Origin: Ignavibacteria bacterium
GTDB taxonomy: Bacteria > Bacteroidota > Ignavibacteria > Tepidaquicellales > Tepidaquicellaceae
Direction: 5' to 3'
NCBI GenBank assembly: GCA_038230595.1
Contig: JBBRMY010000002.1
Span: 872 to 64,871 of the forward strand
DNA length: 64,000 nt
Shown: in pieces, positions 25,533 through 34,536 of the stretch
How the letters are laid out: every line of letters begins with the position of its first letter
Numbering within the stretch: the stretch's first letter is position 1
Translations under genes and position numbers: made by a program
Notes under the pieces: generated by a model
Database searches by the model: none
What the model was told of the DNA's origin: nothing
Seen by the model: the letters and a program-made list of their open reading frames with translations, nothing else

Positions 25533-26527
25533 TAACAATTCACAGACAAAAGCCGTGCGGCAAGTGCGAAACTATCGATCTCGCAGAGATAACCAGCTGG
25601 GATAAAAAATCTCAGGAATTTATCTGGGTAGATCTATGGAATACTCCCAATGCAGAGATAGGTCATATTCTTAATGATAAGTTCGGACTTCATGAGCTTA
25701 ATATCGAAGATGTTCTCAAATATAATGAATCAAAGGATAACGTTCAGCTTCCGAAGATCGATGATTTCGGAGAATATATATTTCTCATTTTTAACGGTTT
25801 TACACTGGATGAGAAAACTTATCATATTTTTTCTTTAAGCTGTTTTGTCGGGAATAATTTTATAATTACTATTCATAACGAAGAAAAAGTAAATTTTGTT
25901 CTTAAGAGCGTTGAGACATACCAAAAAGATTCACTTCTGCTTAAAGGTCCTGATTATATACTCCATTTAATATTAGATCATCTCGTAGATAATTATTATC
26001 CGATGCTTGAGATACTTGATACGAGGATAGATGCTATCGAAGAAAATGTTTTTGAAAAAGACTCTTCAAAGAAAACACTTCAGGAAATATTAGCTTTTAA
26101 ACGTGAGCTGCTTTATGTTCGCAGGATATCGACTTATCAGAAAGAGATCCTGTTCAAGGCTTTCCGAGGGGACTTTGAAGTTATCGATAAAAAAGAATCT
26201 CTCTATTACAGAAATGTTTATGATCATCTGGTACGAGTTGCTGATACAACAGAATCATATCGTGATGTAGTGACGGGTCTTTTAGACTCATATCTCTCTA
26301 TCGTAAATAACAAGATGAATGAGATCATGAAAGTTCTGACAGTTATCGCTACAATAATCCTACCGCTAAATTTAATTACGGGAATTTTCGGAATGAATTT
26401 TTCTAAAAACTTTCCGCTTCTGGACAATGAATATGGATTCTGGATAAGCGTGGGAATGATGTTTATTATTTCGATGTTAATGCTGAATTTTTTCCGTAGA
26501 AAAGGCTGGCTGAGTAAGGATAATTAG
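25529..26527 (+). CDS. corA: magnesium/cobalt transporter CorA
   Basis: GMN signature (GIFGMNF) before the last TM. 4 nt overlap with rsmI. Confidence 0.85.
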   Translation: MITIHRQKPCGKCETIDLAEITSWDKKSQEFIWVDLWNTPNAEIGHILNDKFGLHELNIEDVLKYNESKDNVQLPKIDDFGEYIFLIFNGFTLDEKTYHIFSLSCFVGNNFIITIHNEEKVNFVLKSVETYQKDSLLLKGPDYILHLILDHLVDNYYPMLEILDTRIDAIEENVFEKDSSKKTLQEILAFKRELLYVRRISTYQKEILFKAFRGDFEVIDKKESLYYRNVYDHLVRVADTTESYRDVVTGLLDSYLSIVNNKMNEIMKVLTVIATIILPLNLITGIFGMNFSKNFPLLDNEYGFWISVGMMFIISMLMLNFFRRKGWLSKDN

Positions 26528-26718
26528 GGTTAAGAATTTACACATCTGTGAACTTTTAATTTCCCTTCATTGAATAGACGTAGATATGCGTATCTATGTG
26601 AAATTTATTTATATTTAAAAACACACTTTAAACGTTTTAAACTGCATTTTCTTCGATTTTATTCTCTTTTTGCACTTTTTGGATTGAACTCAACAGCCTT
26701 ATTTCGTATCTTACCTAT

Positions 26719-27723
26719 GTGAAATTATCCCGCAGATTATCGTACAGATCTTCAGGTGTCAGCATTTCTGAAGGAGATAAATTTGTTAATTCCATTAAGC
26801 CGCTTGTTAAAAAAACTTTTAACAGCTCAGTAATATCCGGCTTGGGAAATTTCGGAGCCTTTTACAAGCTTAATAATAAATATAAGTCCCCTGTTTTCGT
26901 TTCAAGCATAGATGGTGTCGGTACTAAATCAAAGATCGCTTCTTTACTAGATCGCTATGATACTGTTGGTGAAGACCTTGTTAATCATTGTGTAAATGAC
27001 ATAGCAGTTTGCGGCGCAGTACCTCTCTTTTTTCTGGACTATTATGCTTCCGGAAAGCTGAACGCAAAATACGCTTCAAAGGTAATTGAAGGAATGGCGA
27101 GAGGGTGCATAAATAATAATTGCTCTTTGATAGGCGGTGAAACAGCAGAAATGCCCGGTGTATATTCCGGAAAAGATTTTGATCTTGCCGGATGCATAAC
27201 AGGAATTGTTGAAAAGAGAAATATACTAGATAGAAAAAATGTAAAGATGGGTGATCTTCTTATAGGACTTCCATCGAATGGATTGCACACTAACGGTTAT
27301 TCATTAGCCAGAAAGATATTTGATACAAAAGTAAAACTGAATAGCAAATTTTCAGATAAGAACTTAGCAATTGGGGATGAACTTCTTAAAGTTCACAGAT
27401 CTTATCTGAAAATTATTCAGTTATCATTAAAAAAGTTTAAGATAAATTCCATCTCACATGTTACAGGCGGAGGAATTGAAGGGAACACAAAAAGAGTAAT
27501 TCCTCAAAGCAGAAAATTAAGCATCGACTGGAATGCCTGGGCTAAGCCTGAAATTTTCAAGCTGATAAAAGCCAAAGGCAATGTATCAACTAGTGATATG
27601 GCAAAGACTTTTAATATGGGAATAGGACTGGTTTTTATTATTACCCCTTCAATAGCAGATAAATTTATAAAGTATCTCTGGTCTAAAAATGAATTGCCGG
27701 TTATAATCGGTGAAGTAAAATAA
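26719..27723 (+). CDS. purM: phosphoribosylformylglycinamidine cyclo-ligase (AIR synthetase)
   Basis: DGVGTK, DLVNHCVNDI, GGETAEMPG and GLHTNGYSL motifs. GTG start. Confidence 0.9.
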   Translation: MKLSRRLSYRSSGVSISEGDKFVNSIKPLVKKTFNSSVISGLGNFGAFYKLNNKYKSPVFVSSIDGVGTKSKIASLLDRYDTVGEDLVNHCVNDIAVCGAVPLFFLDYYASGKLNAKYASKVIEGMARGCINNNCSLIGGETAEMPGVYSGKDFDLAGCITGIVEKRNILDRKNVKMGDLLIGLPSNGLHTNGYSLARKIFDTKVKLNSKFSDKNLAIGDELLKVHRSYLKIIQLSLKKFKINSISHVTGGGIEGNTKRVIPQSRKLSIDWNAWAKPEIFKLIKAKGNVSTSDMAKTFNMGIGLVFIITPSIADKFIKYLWSKNELPVIIGEVK

Positions 27724-27753
27724 GATCTTCTAACACTCTAAATCACTCTTACT

Positions 27754-29127
27754 ATGGAAACAAAAGCTGTTACAGGAAGTATCGAAAATAAGATGAAAGT
27801 ATCCGGCTCACATGTTACTGTTGCTCCGGAAAATGTTCAGGATGTACTGAAGCAATATATGATGGTTGATGGATTTGATGTGACTCTTGATTTTAAAAAA
27901 TCACAAGGCTCATACATCTATGATTCCAAGCATAAAAAAAATTATCTGGACTTCTTTACTTTTGTAGCTTCTAATCCATTGGGAATGAATCATCCGAAGA
28001 TCCATAACGAAGAATTTATAAAAAAGATCGGAACTGTTGCAGTAGGCAAACCCTCACTTTCAGACATTTATGCAGAAGAGCAGGCAGTGTTCGTGAAAAC
28101 TTTTTTTGAAACTGCAGTACCTTCATATTTCAAGCATACTTTTTTAATTGAAGGCGGATCGATGGCAGTGGAAAATGCGCTGAAGGCTGCATTCGACTGG
28201 AAAGTTAGAAAGAATTTTGCAAAGGGATACAAAGAAGAAAAAGGAACTCAGGTTATACACTTCAAAGAATCTTTTCATGGCCGATCAGGATATACATTAT
28301 CACTGACAAATACTGATCCGGTAAAGACGATGTATTTTCCGAAGTTTGACTGGCCAAGGATCTCAAATCCAAAGGTTAAATTTCCATTGAATGAAGAAAA
28401 CACTAAATACGTCGTTGAAGCTGAGAAGAAAGCAATTGCTGAAATAAAGGAAGCAATAAAAAACAATAAGGATGATATTGCAGCGATCTTATTAGAACCA
28501 ATTCAGGGGGAAGGTGGAGACAATCAGTTCAGAAAAGAATTTTTTATTGAACTCAGAAATATCTGTGATGAGAATGAGATCATATTTATTCTTGATGAAG
28601 TTCAGACGGGTATCGCTATGACAGGCAAATGGTGGGCGCACCAGCATTTTGTGCAACCTGATATTATTTCATTTGGAAAAAAGACACAGGTTTGTGGAAT
28701 TCTGTCAACGGGCAGAATTGATGAAGTTGAAGATAATGTGTTTGCAAAAGCGAGCAGGATAAATTCTACATGGGGCGGCAACATTGTTGACATGGTGAGG
28801 TTCACAAGGATCCTTGAGATTATAAAAGAAGATGGCTTGGTTTATAATTGTGAAATAATGGGAAATATTCTTAAGAAAAATCTTAAAGACCTTGCACTTG
28901 AATTCCCAGATAAAGTCAGTAATGCAAGAGGGCTTGGGTTATTCTGTGCATTCGATGCAGCGTCAGCTGAAATGAGAAATAAGATATCGGCAAAAGCATA
29001 TGAGAATGGATTGATGATACTGGGATGCGGAGAAAAAACTATCAGATTCAGACCTCCGATCAATATTAATGAATCAGAGTTGAGTGAAGGAATTGGAATA
29101 TTGAAGAGTGCTTTGAAGGAATTGTAA
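27754..29127 (+). CDS. lat: class-III aminotransferase, L-lysine 6-transaminase-like
   Basis: N-terminal DGFDVTLDFKKSQGSYIYD...NYLDFFTFVASNPLG and FILDEVQTG...FGKK (PLP Lys) resemble lysine epsilon-aminotransferase. Confidence 0.7.
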   Translation: METKAVTGSIENKMKVSGSHVTVAPENVQDVLKQYMMVDGFDVTLDFKKSQGSYIYDSKHKKNYLDFFTFVASNPLGMNHPKIHNEEFIKKIGTVAVGKPSLSDIYAEEQAVFVKTFFETAVPSYFKHTFLIEGGSMAVENALKAAFDWKVRKNFAKGYKEEKGTQVIHFKESFHGRSGYTLSLTNTDPVKTMYFPKFDWPRISNPKVKFPLNEENTKYVVEAEKKAIAEIKEAIKNNKDDIAAILLEPIQGEGGDNQFRKEFFIELRNICDENEIIFILDEVQTGIAMTGKWWAHQHFVQPDIISFGKKTQVCGILSTGRIDEVEDNVFAKASRINSTWGGNIVDMVRFTRILEIIKEDGLVYNCEIMGNILKKNLKDLALEFPDKVSNARGLGLFCAFDAASAEMRNKISAKAYENGLMILGCGEKTIRFRPPININESELSEGIGILKSALKEL

Positions 29128-29161
29128 GGATATAGTTTTATTTCGGTTTACTTATTGAAAA

Positions 29162-29187
29162 GGCGTGCTTTGCACGTCTTTTTTTTT
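29162..29187 (+). terminator. intrinsic terminator after the lysine aminotransferase-like gene
   Basis: ggcgtgc-ttt-gcacgtc stem followed by T9. Confidence 0.7.
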
Positions 29188-29221
29188 GTGCCAAAAATAG
29201 ATCTCAAAGACCAAATCAGTT

Positions 29222-29246
29222 TGTTATTCCTGCGAAAGTAGGAATC
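29222..29246 (-). repeat. B-type hairpin, inverted and slightly degenerate copy
   Basis: tgttattcctgcgaaagtaggaatc is the reverse orientation of gattcctgctttcgcaggaatgaca, with 2 changes. Confidence 0.6.
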
Positions 29247-29302
29247 CCCGAGGGTCAATTCATTAAAAGCGGTTGATCTTAGGTGGAAAGTGGAATATTA
29301 AG

Positions 29303-29338
29303 AAAAGCGACCTGACAGGGAAAAGAATCTGTCAGGTC
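29303..29338 (-). terminator. E-type repeated terminator hairpin
   Basis: gacctgacagg-gaaaagaat-ctgtcaggtc with the flanking aaaagc on the plus strand (GCTTTTC on the minus strand). Downstream of pgl and its repeat mosaic. Confidence 0.6.
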
Positions 29339-29349
29339 AATGTTTGGTG

Positions 29350-29394
29350 GCCGTTGGTGGCGTTCCGATAAATCGAAACTAAAACACCAACGGC
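29350..29394. repeat. A-type nested palindrome, copy 5
   Basis: gccgttggtggcgttccgataaatcgaaactaaaacaccaacggc. Confidence 0.8.
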
Positions 29395-29458
29395 GGCGGA
29401 GACTTCAATGGCATTGGATTTAGTCTTTGTATAAAATGTAAGTGTTTCATTATCGGAA

Positions 29459-29481
29459 TTCCTGCTTTCGCAGGAATGACA
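29459..29481 (+). repeat. B-type hairpin plus GACA tail
   Basis: ttcctgctttcgcaggaatgaca, identical to the copy at 3393-3415. Confidence 0.85.
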
Positions 29482-29517
29482 AAGATTTTGATGGCTGTTG
29501 GTATTAAAAGTTCGGGA

Positions 29518-29545
29518 TCCCAGATAAAAGCATTCGGGGAAGACA
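29518..29545 (+). repeat. C-type hairpin, degenerate left arm (TCCCAGA-taaaagcat-TCGGGGA-AGACA)
   Basis: Right arm, loop and GACA tail are conserved. The left arm has one mismatch. Confidence 0.65.
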
Positions 29546-29564
29546 TTTTGTAAGGAAGTAGCAA

Positions 29565-30275
29565 TTACGCCACTACACTTTTATCGATCCAGTAAATAAG
29601 GTTTTTATCCATTGTGGAAATGTGGTATGCGGGATAGTTAATTGCTTCAGGAGTTTTGTTTATTATGTCGTTAAAAACTTTTGCTTTCTTTCCCCCGGTT
29701 ATAAGAAAAGAAACTTCAGCGGAATTATTAATAACTTTTGCAGTAAGAGTTAAACGATCCTGCTTTGTTTGAGGATTTACAGTATGAAGACAGAATTTAT
29801 CTGAATCAAGCAGATCAAGATTACCCGGAAAGATCGAAGCCGTATGTCCGTCTTCACCTACTCCTAAAAATAATAGATCAAATGAAGGGAGATTATTTTT
29901 TAAAGGAGCATTGTTAGTTAATACTTCAGTATATTCTTCAACTGCTTTTTCTGGAGGCATCTCACCTTTCATTCTAAAAATATTTATTTCAGGCATAACA
30001 ATTTTATTCAGCAGAAGCTCTTTAACTTTCCCATAATTACTTTGATCATTTTCTGGGGGTACACATCTTTCATCAACCCAGAATAACCTGATCAAATCCC
30101 AGTTCATTTCATCACGCTGAGCAAGAATTTGGAAAAGTCGTTCAGGAGTACTTCCGCCGGAGACAGCCAGATGGAAAAAATCATTTCTTTCAGTTTTAAT
30201 CCGGGACTTTAAATATAAATATTCTGCAAAATTTTCTGCGGTCTCCTGCGGGGATTCATAAACTTTTATCTGCAT
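29565..30275 (-). CDS. pgl: 6-phosphogluconolactonase
   Basis: LAVSGGSTP, FWVDERCVP and LGVGEDGHTASIFPG motifs. Confidence 0.85.
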   Translation of the reverse strand: MQIKVYESPQETAENFAEYLYLKSRIKTERNDFFHLAVSGGSTPERLFQILAQRDEMNWDLIRLFWVDERCVPPENDQSNYGKVKELLLNKIVMPEINIFRMKGEMPPEKAVEEYTEVLTNNAPLKNNLPSFDLLFLGVGEDGHTASIFPGNLDLLDSDKFCLHTVNPQTKQDRLTLTAKVINNSAEVSFLITGGKKAKVFNDIINKTPEAINYPAYHISTMDKNLIYWIDKSVVA

Positions 30276-30330
30276 AAAATAAATAGAAGTAAAACAATTC
30301 TTTCAGAAAGCTGCCTTCAAAAGTGGTATG

Positions 30331-30359
30331 GCTGTTGGTGGATAAGCAACACCAACAGC
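30331..30359. repeat. A-type short variant, copy 2
   Basis: gctgttggtg-gataagcaa-caccaacagc, in the pgl-zwf intergenic spacer. Confidence 0.75.
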
Positions 30360-30375
30360 GGCAATTACTTAATTA

Positions 30376-31953
30376 TCAAAGCTCGCAATAAGTATCATCG
30401 TTCGTAAGATTTTTACATGGATATCTCCATTTCATATCTTTTTCTACGATAAGATCATCTGCGTTTTTAGGTCCCCATGAACCTGCAGGATAACCATGAA
30501 CAGGGATCTTTTTATTATTCTCAAAAGCATTAATGACGGGCTGAACGAATTCCCAGCAAGCTTCAACAGCGTCCTGACGAACAAACAAAGTTGAATCACC
30601 TATCATACAGTCAAGCAGCAATCTTTCATAAGCAGTTGGAATAGATTCAAATTTCAGATCTGTGTAATGAAAATCCATTCCTACATTCTCAAGTTCAAAA
30701 CCTTCACCGGGCTTTTTCATTCCGAATTTAAGAAGAATTCCTTCATCGGGCTGTATTCTTAAAATGAGCTGGTTTGATGTCTGAGCAATATTTTCTCCCA
30801 GAGTAAAAAGCTTGTGAGGAGTAGGCTTGAACCTAATAACAATTTCAGAAACTCTTGTAGGAAGTCTTTTACCTGTTCTTAAATAAAACGGTACACCTTC
30901 CCATCTCCAGTTATCAATATATGCTTTCATTGCAATAAATGTTTCAGTCTTAGATCTTGGCTTAACATCTTTTTCCTGCCTGTATCCTTTTAGCTGTTCA
31001 CCCTTCACGATAGATTCAGTATACTGTCCGCGAATAACGCATTTAGGCACATCCGCTTCTTTCATAGGCTTAAGTGACTGAAGAACTTTCATAGATTCAT
31101 TACGGATAAAATTTGATCTGAAAGAAGATGGCGGCTCCATTGCTACAAGACACATTAGCTGCATCAAATGATTTTGAACCATATCTCTTAAAGCTCCTGT
31201 CTGATCATAATATCCCCCGCGATTCTCAATGCCTATGCTCTCTGCAGCAGTTATTTCGACGTGGTGAATGTAATTCCTGTTCCAGAGCGGTTCAAAAATT
31301 CCATTGGAAAATCTTGTAACTAAAATATTCTGAACAGTTTCTTTCCCCTGGTAGTGATCAATACGATAAATCTGATATTCAGTAAAATATTTTGCTAAGT
31401 GCGCATTTAGATCTTTAGCTGATTCAAGATCATTTCCAAAAGGCTTTTCAACAATTATTCTTGTCCAGCTATCAGGTCCGCATGGAACATTCAGCCCGGC
31501 AATACCTAAATTATCTACTGCTTTTTTGTAAGCCGTAGGAGGAATTGCAAAATAAATAAGCAGGTTATCACATGCTTTTGTTTTTGCATCAAGTTCACGG
31601 ATAGTTCTTCTTAGCTCATGGTATGATTCAGGATTATCAAAATCAGCTGCAAGATAATTCAGCTTATCTGCAAAATCTTTCCATTTGGCTTCATCAAGAT
31701 CTTTAAAATCCTTATTACCCTGAATTGCTTTTTTAAGAAAATCCCTGAACTCATCACTATTCATTTCAGTTCTTGCAAAGCCAAGGATAGAGAATTCTTT
31801 TGGCAGCAATCCTCGGAGGTGAAGCTTGTATAAAGAAGGAATAAGCATTCTTTGCGTCAGATCACCTGAGGCTCCGAATATTACCATTATGCTGGGAGAT
31901 ATTTCCATGTTTTCTGTTTTATTCTTTTTTAACTTCGTGACCGCCAAATTCAT
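30376..31953 (-). CDS. zwf: glucose-6-phosphate dehydrogenase
   Basis: VIFGASGDLT, RIDHYQGKE and EKP motifs. The track start overlaps gnd by 35 nt. The internal ATG at 31908 (MEISPSIMVIFGASGDL) is a plausible true start. Confidence 0.9.
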   Translation of the reverse strand: MNLAVTKLKKNKTENMEISPSIMVIFGASGDLTQRMLIPSLYKLHLRGLLPKEFSILGFARTEMNSDEFRDFLKKAIQGNKDFKDLDEAKWKDFADKLNYLAADFDNPESYHELRRTIRELDAKTKACDNLLIYFAIPPTAYKKAVDNLGIAGLNVPCGPDSWTRIIVEKPFGNDLESAKDLNAHLAKYFTEYQIYRIDHYQGKETVQNILVTRFSNGIFEPLWNRNYIHHVEITAAESIGIENRGGYYDQTGALRDMVQNHLMQLMCLVAMEPPSSFRSNFIRNESMKVLQSLKPMKEADVPKCVIRGQYTESIVKGEQLKGYRQEKDVKPRSKTETFIAMKAYIDNWRWEGVPFYLRTGKRLPTRVSEIVIRFKPTPHKLFTLGENIAQTSNQLILRIQPDEGILLKFGMKKPGEGFELENVGMDFHYTDLKFESIPTAYERLLLDCMIGDSTLFVRQDAVEACWEFVQPVINAFENNKKIPVHGYPAGSWGPKNADDLIVEKDMKWRYPCKNLTNDDTYCEL

Positions 31954-32815
31954 TTCTTAATGCAGCAAGTACCTTTGCAGAAAATGATTCATCCTGCCTG
32001 GATACTAATCTCATCATCAGAGATAAAGTTATAACGGGCGCAGGAACATTTTTATCAATTGCTTCCTGTATCGTCCATCTACCTTCTCCGGAATCCGGAA
32101 CGTATCCTTTTATTGAATGAAGGTCATGCTCTTTATTTAATGCATCTGCAAGAAGCTCAAGAAGCCAAGAGCGCACAACACTTGAATGTCCCCATAGGTC
32201 TGCAATGCCTGCAAGATCCAGATCATAATTAGAAACTTTCATTATCTGAAAGCCTTCGGCATACGACTGCATCATTCCGTATTCAATTCCGTTGTGTACC
32301 ATTTTCACATAGTGACCGGAACCTGAAGCTCCTGTATATTTATATCCTTTATCAGGTGCAAGAGTTTTGAAAATACTTTCGCATTTATCAAAAGCTTCTT
32401 TGTCGCCTCCAACCATTACGCAATATCCGTTCTTAAGTCCCCATATACCTCCGCTTGTTCCGCAATCGAGAAAGCTAATTTCTTTTTCTTTAAGCATTTC
32501 ATAGCGGCGGATGGAATCCTTGAAGTATGAATTTCCACCATCAATAATAACATCACCTTTTTGAAGAAGGGGTATCAAATGAAGAATGGTTTGCTCAACA
32601 GGTACTCCTGCCGGCACCATTATCCATATTGCTCTGGGTGATTCAAGTTTATCGACGAGTTCCTGCAATGAATGAGCACCTTCACTTTTTATTTTTACAA
32701 GATCATCAACTGCCTGCTTATTAAGATCAAAGCCTACGGTTTTATGACCATCCTTTAATAACCGCTCTATCATGTAACCGCCCATTTTTCCAAGACCGAT
32801 CATCCCAACCTGCAT
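31919..32815 (-). CDS. gnd: 6-phosphogluconate dehydrogenase, decarboxylating (short YqeC/Gnd-like form)
   Basis: MIGLGKMGGYM NAD-binding N-terminus, GSGHYVKMVHNGIEYG motif, 298 aa short form. Confidence 0.85.
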   Translation of the reverse strand: MQVGMIGLGKMGGYMIERLLKDGHKTVGFDLNKQAVDDLVKIKSEGAHSLQELVDKLESPRAIWIMVPAGVPVEQTILHLIPLLQKGDVIIDGGNSYFKDSIRRYEMLKEKEISFLDCGTSGGIWGLKNGYCVMVGGDKEAFDKCESIFKTLAPDKGYKYTGASGSGHYVKMVHNGIEYGMMQSYAEGFQIMKVSNYDLDLAGIADLWGHSSVVRSWLLELLADALNKEHDLHSIKGYVPDSGEGRWTIQEAIDKNVPAPVITLSLMMRLVSRQDESFSAKVLAALRNEFGGHEVKKE

Positions 32816-32935
32816 ACAAAACTCCTTTTAAATTTTAAAGATTAATTTATGGTAAATCTATTAATAATGTAATAACAAACGAGGTTATATTAATTCCGAA
32901 AAACATTTGATGCAATGTAAGAACAACTTATTTAT

Positions 32936-32971
32936 AAAAGCGACCTGACAGGAAAAATAACCTGTCAGGTC
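32936..32971 (-). terminator. E-type repeated terminator hairpin
   Basis: gacctgacagg-aaaaataa-cctgtcaggtc, 11 bp perfect stem, GCTTTTAT on the minus strand. Starts 5 nt after the cca stop codon. Confidence 0.7.
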
Positions 32972-32975
32972 AGAT

Positions 32976-34484
32976 TTATTTATCTTTTTGTAATTCTATC
33001 ATGAAATTTTTAGCGGCTTCGTATTCGTTTGGAATCAAGCCGTCAAGAATTGCTTCTTCTATCTTCTTTTTAATAATACCTACCTGACGCGAAGGAGGAA
33101 TATTAAAATATTCCATGATCTCTTCTCCTTTAACAGGTGACTGGAAATTCCGCAGTTGATCTTTTTCCTGTACATCGACGATCTTTTTTTCCACGATCTC
33201 ATAGTTCTTCATGTACTTACTCTGCTTGTCGTAATTCTTAGTTGTGATATCTGCTCTGCAGAGTGTAAGGAGATCTTCAAGCTCTTCTCCTGCTTCGGCA
33301 GCAAGTCGGCGGATAGCTGAATCGGTTACAGCTTCTTTTGCAAGAGGTATCGGACGTAGATGCATCCGCACTAATTTTTCAACATACGGCAGAACAGTAA
33401 ATGGAAGCTTCTGATCTTTAAATATTTTCTTAAGCATTCTTGCACCGTAATCTTCATGTCCGTGAAATGTCCAGCCCGTACCTTCTACAAATCTTTTTGT
33501 AGGCGGCTTACCAATATCATGCAGCAAGGCTGCATATCGAAGCCAGAGCTTATTAGTTTTAGTAGAAATATTATCGACAACCTGAAGTGTGTGATAAAAA
33601 ACATCTTTGTGATGATAATCCTTTCTCTGTTCAACACCTGCAAGATTAGTGAATTCAGGAAATATCTGTTTCATGACACCGGCTTTATATAGCAGGTCTA
33701 ACCCTAAAGAAGGCTTAGGGCTCATTAATATCTGCAAAAATTCATTTGTTATTCTTTCTCTTGATACAACTTTGTCGGAGATAAGGCGCGAAGCAATATT
33801 ATTCATTCCTTCAAAAGTTTTTTCTTCGATCTTAAATCCAAGCTTTGAAGCAAGCCTTATGCCGCGCATAATTCTAAGCGGATCATCTGAAAAAGTCCTT
33901 TCAGGATCAAGTGGAGTTCGGATGAGTTTATTTTCCAGATCAGATAAACCATTGAACTGATCTATAACAGAATATGAATCGCCTTTATTTCCCGTCAGCT
34001 TTACTGCCAGAGTATTGACTGTGAAATCCCTGCGGGAAAGATCTTCTTCAAGTGTAGCAGATGAAACTGAAGGATTTCTGGACGTTTCTGAATAGCTTTC
34101 TTTTCTTGCGGAAGCAAATTCTATCTTAAGAATATTATTTTTTTCTATGAGGTCGTATTCCGAAACTTCATTTATATTTATAACGTCCGAATTGCTTTTA
34201 GGAATGAGTAAAAGAGCAGTAAGAAAATTTTTATATACAGCTTTTAAAGATGTTTTGAATTCTTTTGCAGCAAGCTCAGCGAATGCAATTGCATCACCCA
34301 TAACCATGATATCTATATCATTGCTCTCAATACCCAAAAGACTATCTCTTACAAAACCGCCGATAATATAGATATCGAACTTGTTCTTTTCAGCAATGGA
34401 TTGTAATTTTTTTATTACAGGATTTTCTATTTTAATATTATTCTGCAGCAACTTTTTTATAATTTCCTGAATTTCTTTTTTCAC
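32976..34484 (-). CDS. cca: CCA-adding tRNA nucleotidyltransferase / HD-domain poly(A) polymerase family
   Basis: GGFVRDSLLG...DIDI head domain, RDFTVN, and a C-terminal HD (HHKDVFYHTL...LHDIGKP). Confidence 0.75.
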   Translation of the reverse strand: MKKEIQEIIKKLLQNNIKIENPVIKKLQSIAEKNKFDIYIIGGFVRDSLLGIESNDIDIMVMGDAIAFAELAAKEFKTSLKAVYKNFLTALLLIPKSNSDVININEVSEYDLIEKNNILKIEFASARKESYSETSRNPSVSSATLEEDLSRRDFTVNTLAVKLTGNKGDSYSVIDQFNGLSDLENKLIRTPLDPERTFSDDPLRIMRGIRLASKLGFKIEEKTFEGMNNIASRLISDKVVSRERITNEFLQILMSPKPSLGLDLLYKAGVMKQIFPEFTNLAGVEQRKDYHHKDVFYHTLQVVDNISTKTNKLWLRYAALLHDIGKPPTKRFVEGTGWTFHGHEDYGARMLKKIFKDQKLPFTVLPYVEKLVRMHLRPIPLAKEAVTDSAIRRLAAEAGEELEDLLTLCRADITTKNYDKQSKYMKNYEIVEKKIVDVQEKDQLRNFQSPVKGEEIMEYFNIPPSRQVGIIKKKIEEAILDGLIPNEYEAAKNFMIELQKDK

Positions 34485-34536
34485 TTCCTTTCCGCCCGAA
34501 TGTGAAGATCTGTTTTGTGAGATAACTTAAAAATTT

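Noticed and set aside
29379-29564. 61 aa minus-strand ORF downstream of pgl.
   Set aside because: It is composed of the A-, B- and C-type repeat elements, with no independent coding signal.
31909-31953. The 15-codon N-terminal extension of zwf that overlaps gnd by 35 nt.
   Set aside because: The conserved Zwf N-terminus (VIFGASGDLT) begins right after the internal Met at 31908, so the extension is probably not translated. The feature is kept at the track coordinates with this caveat.
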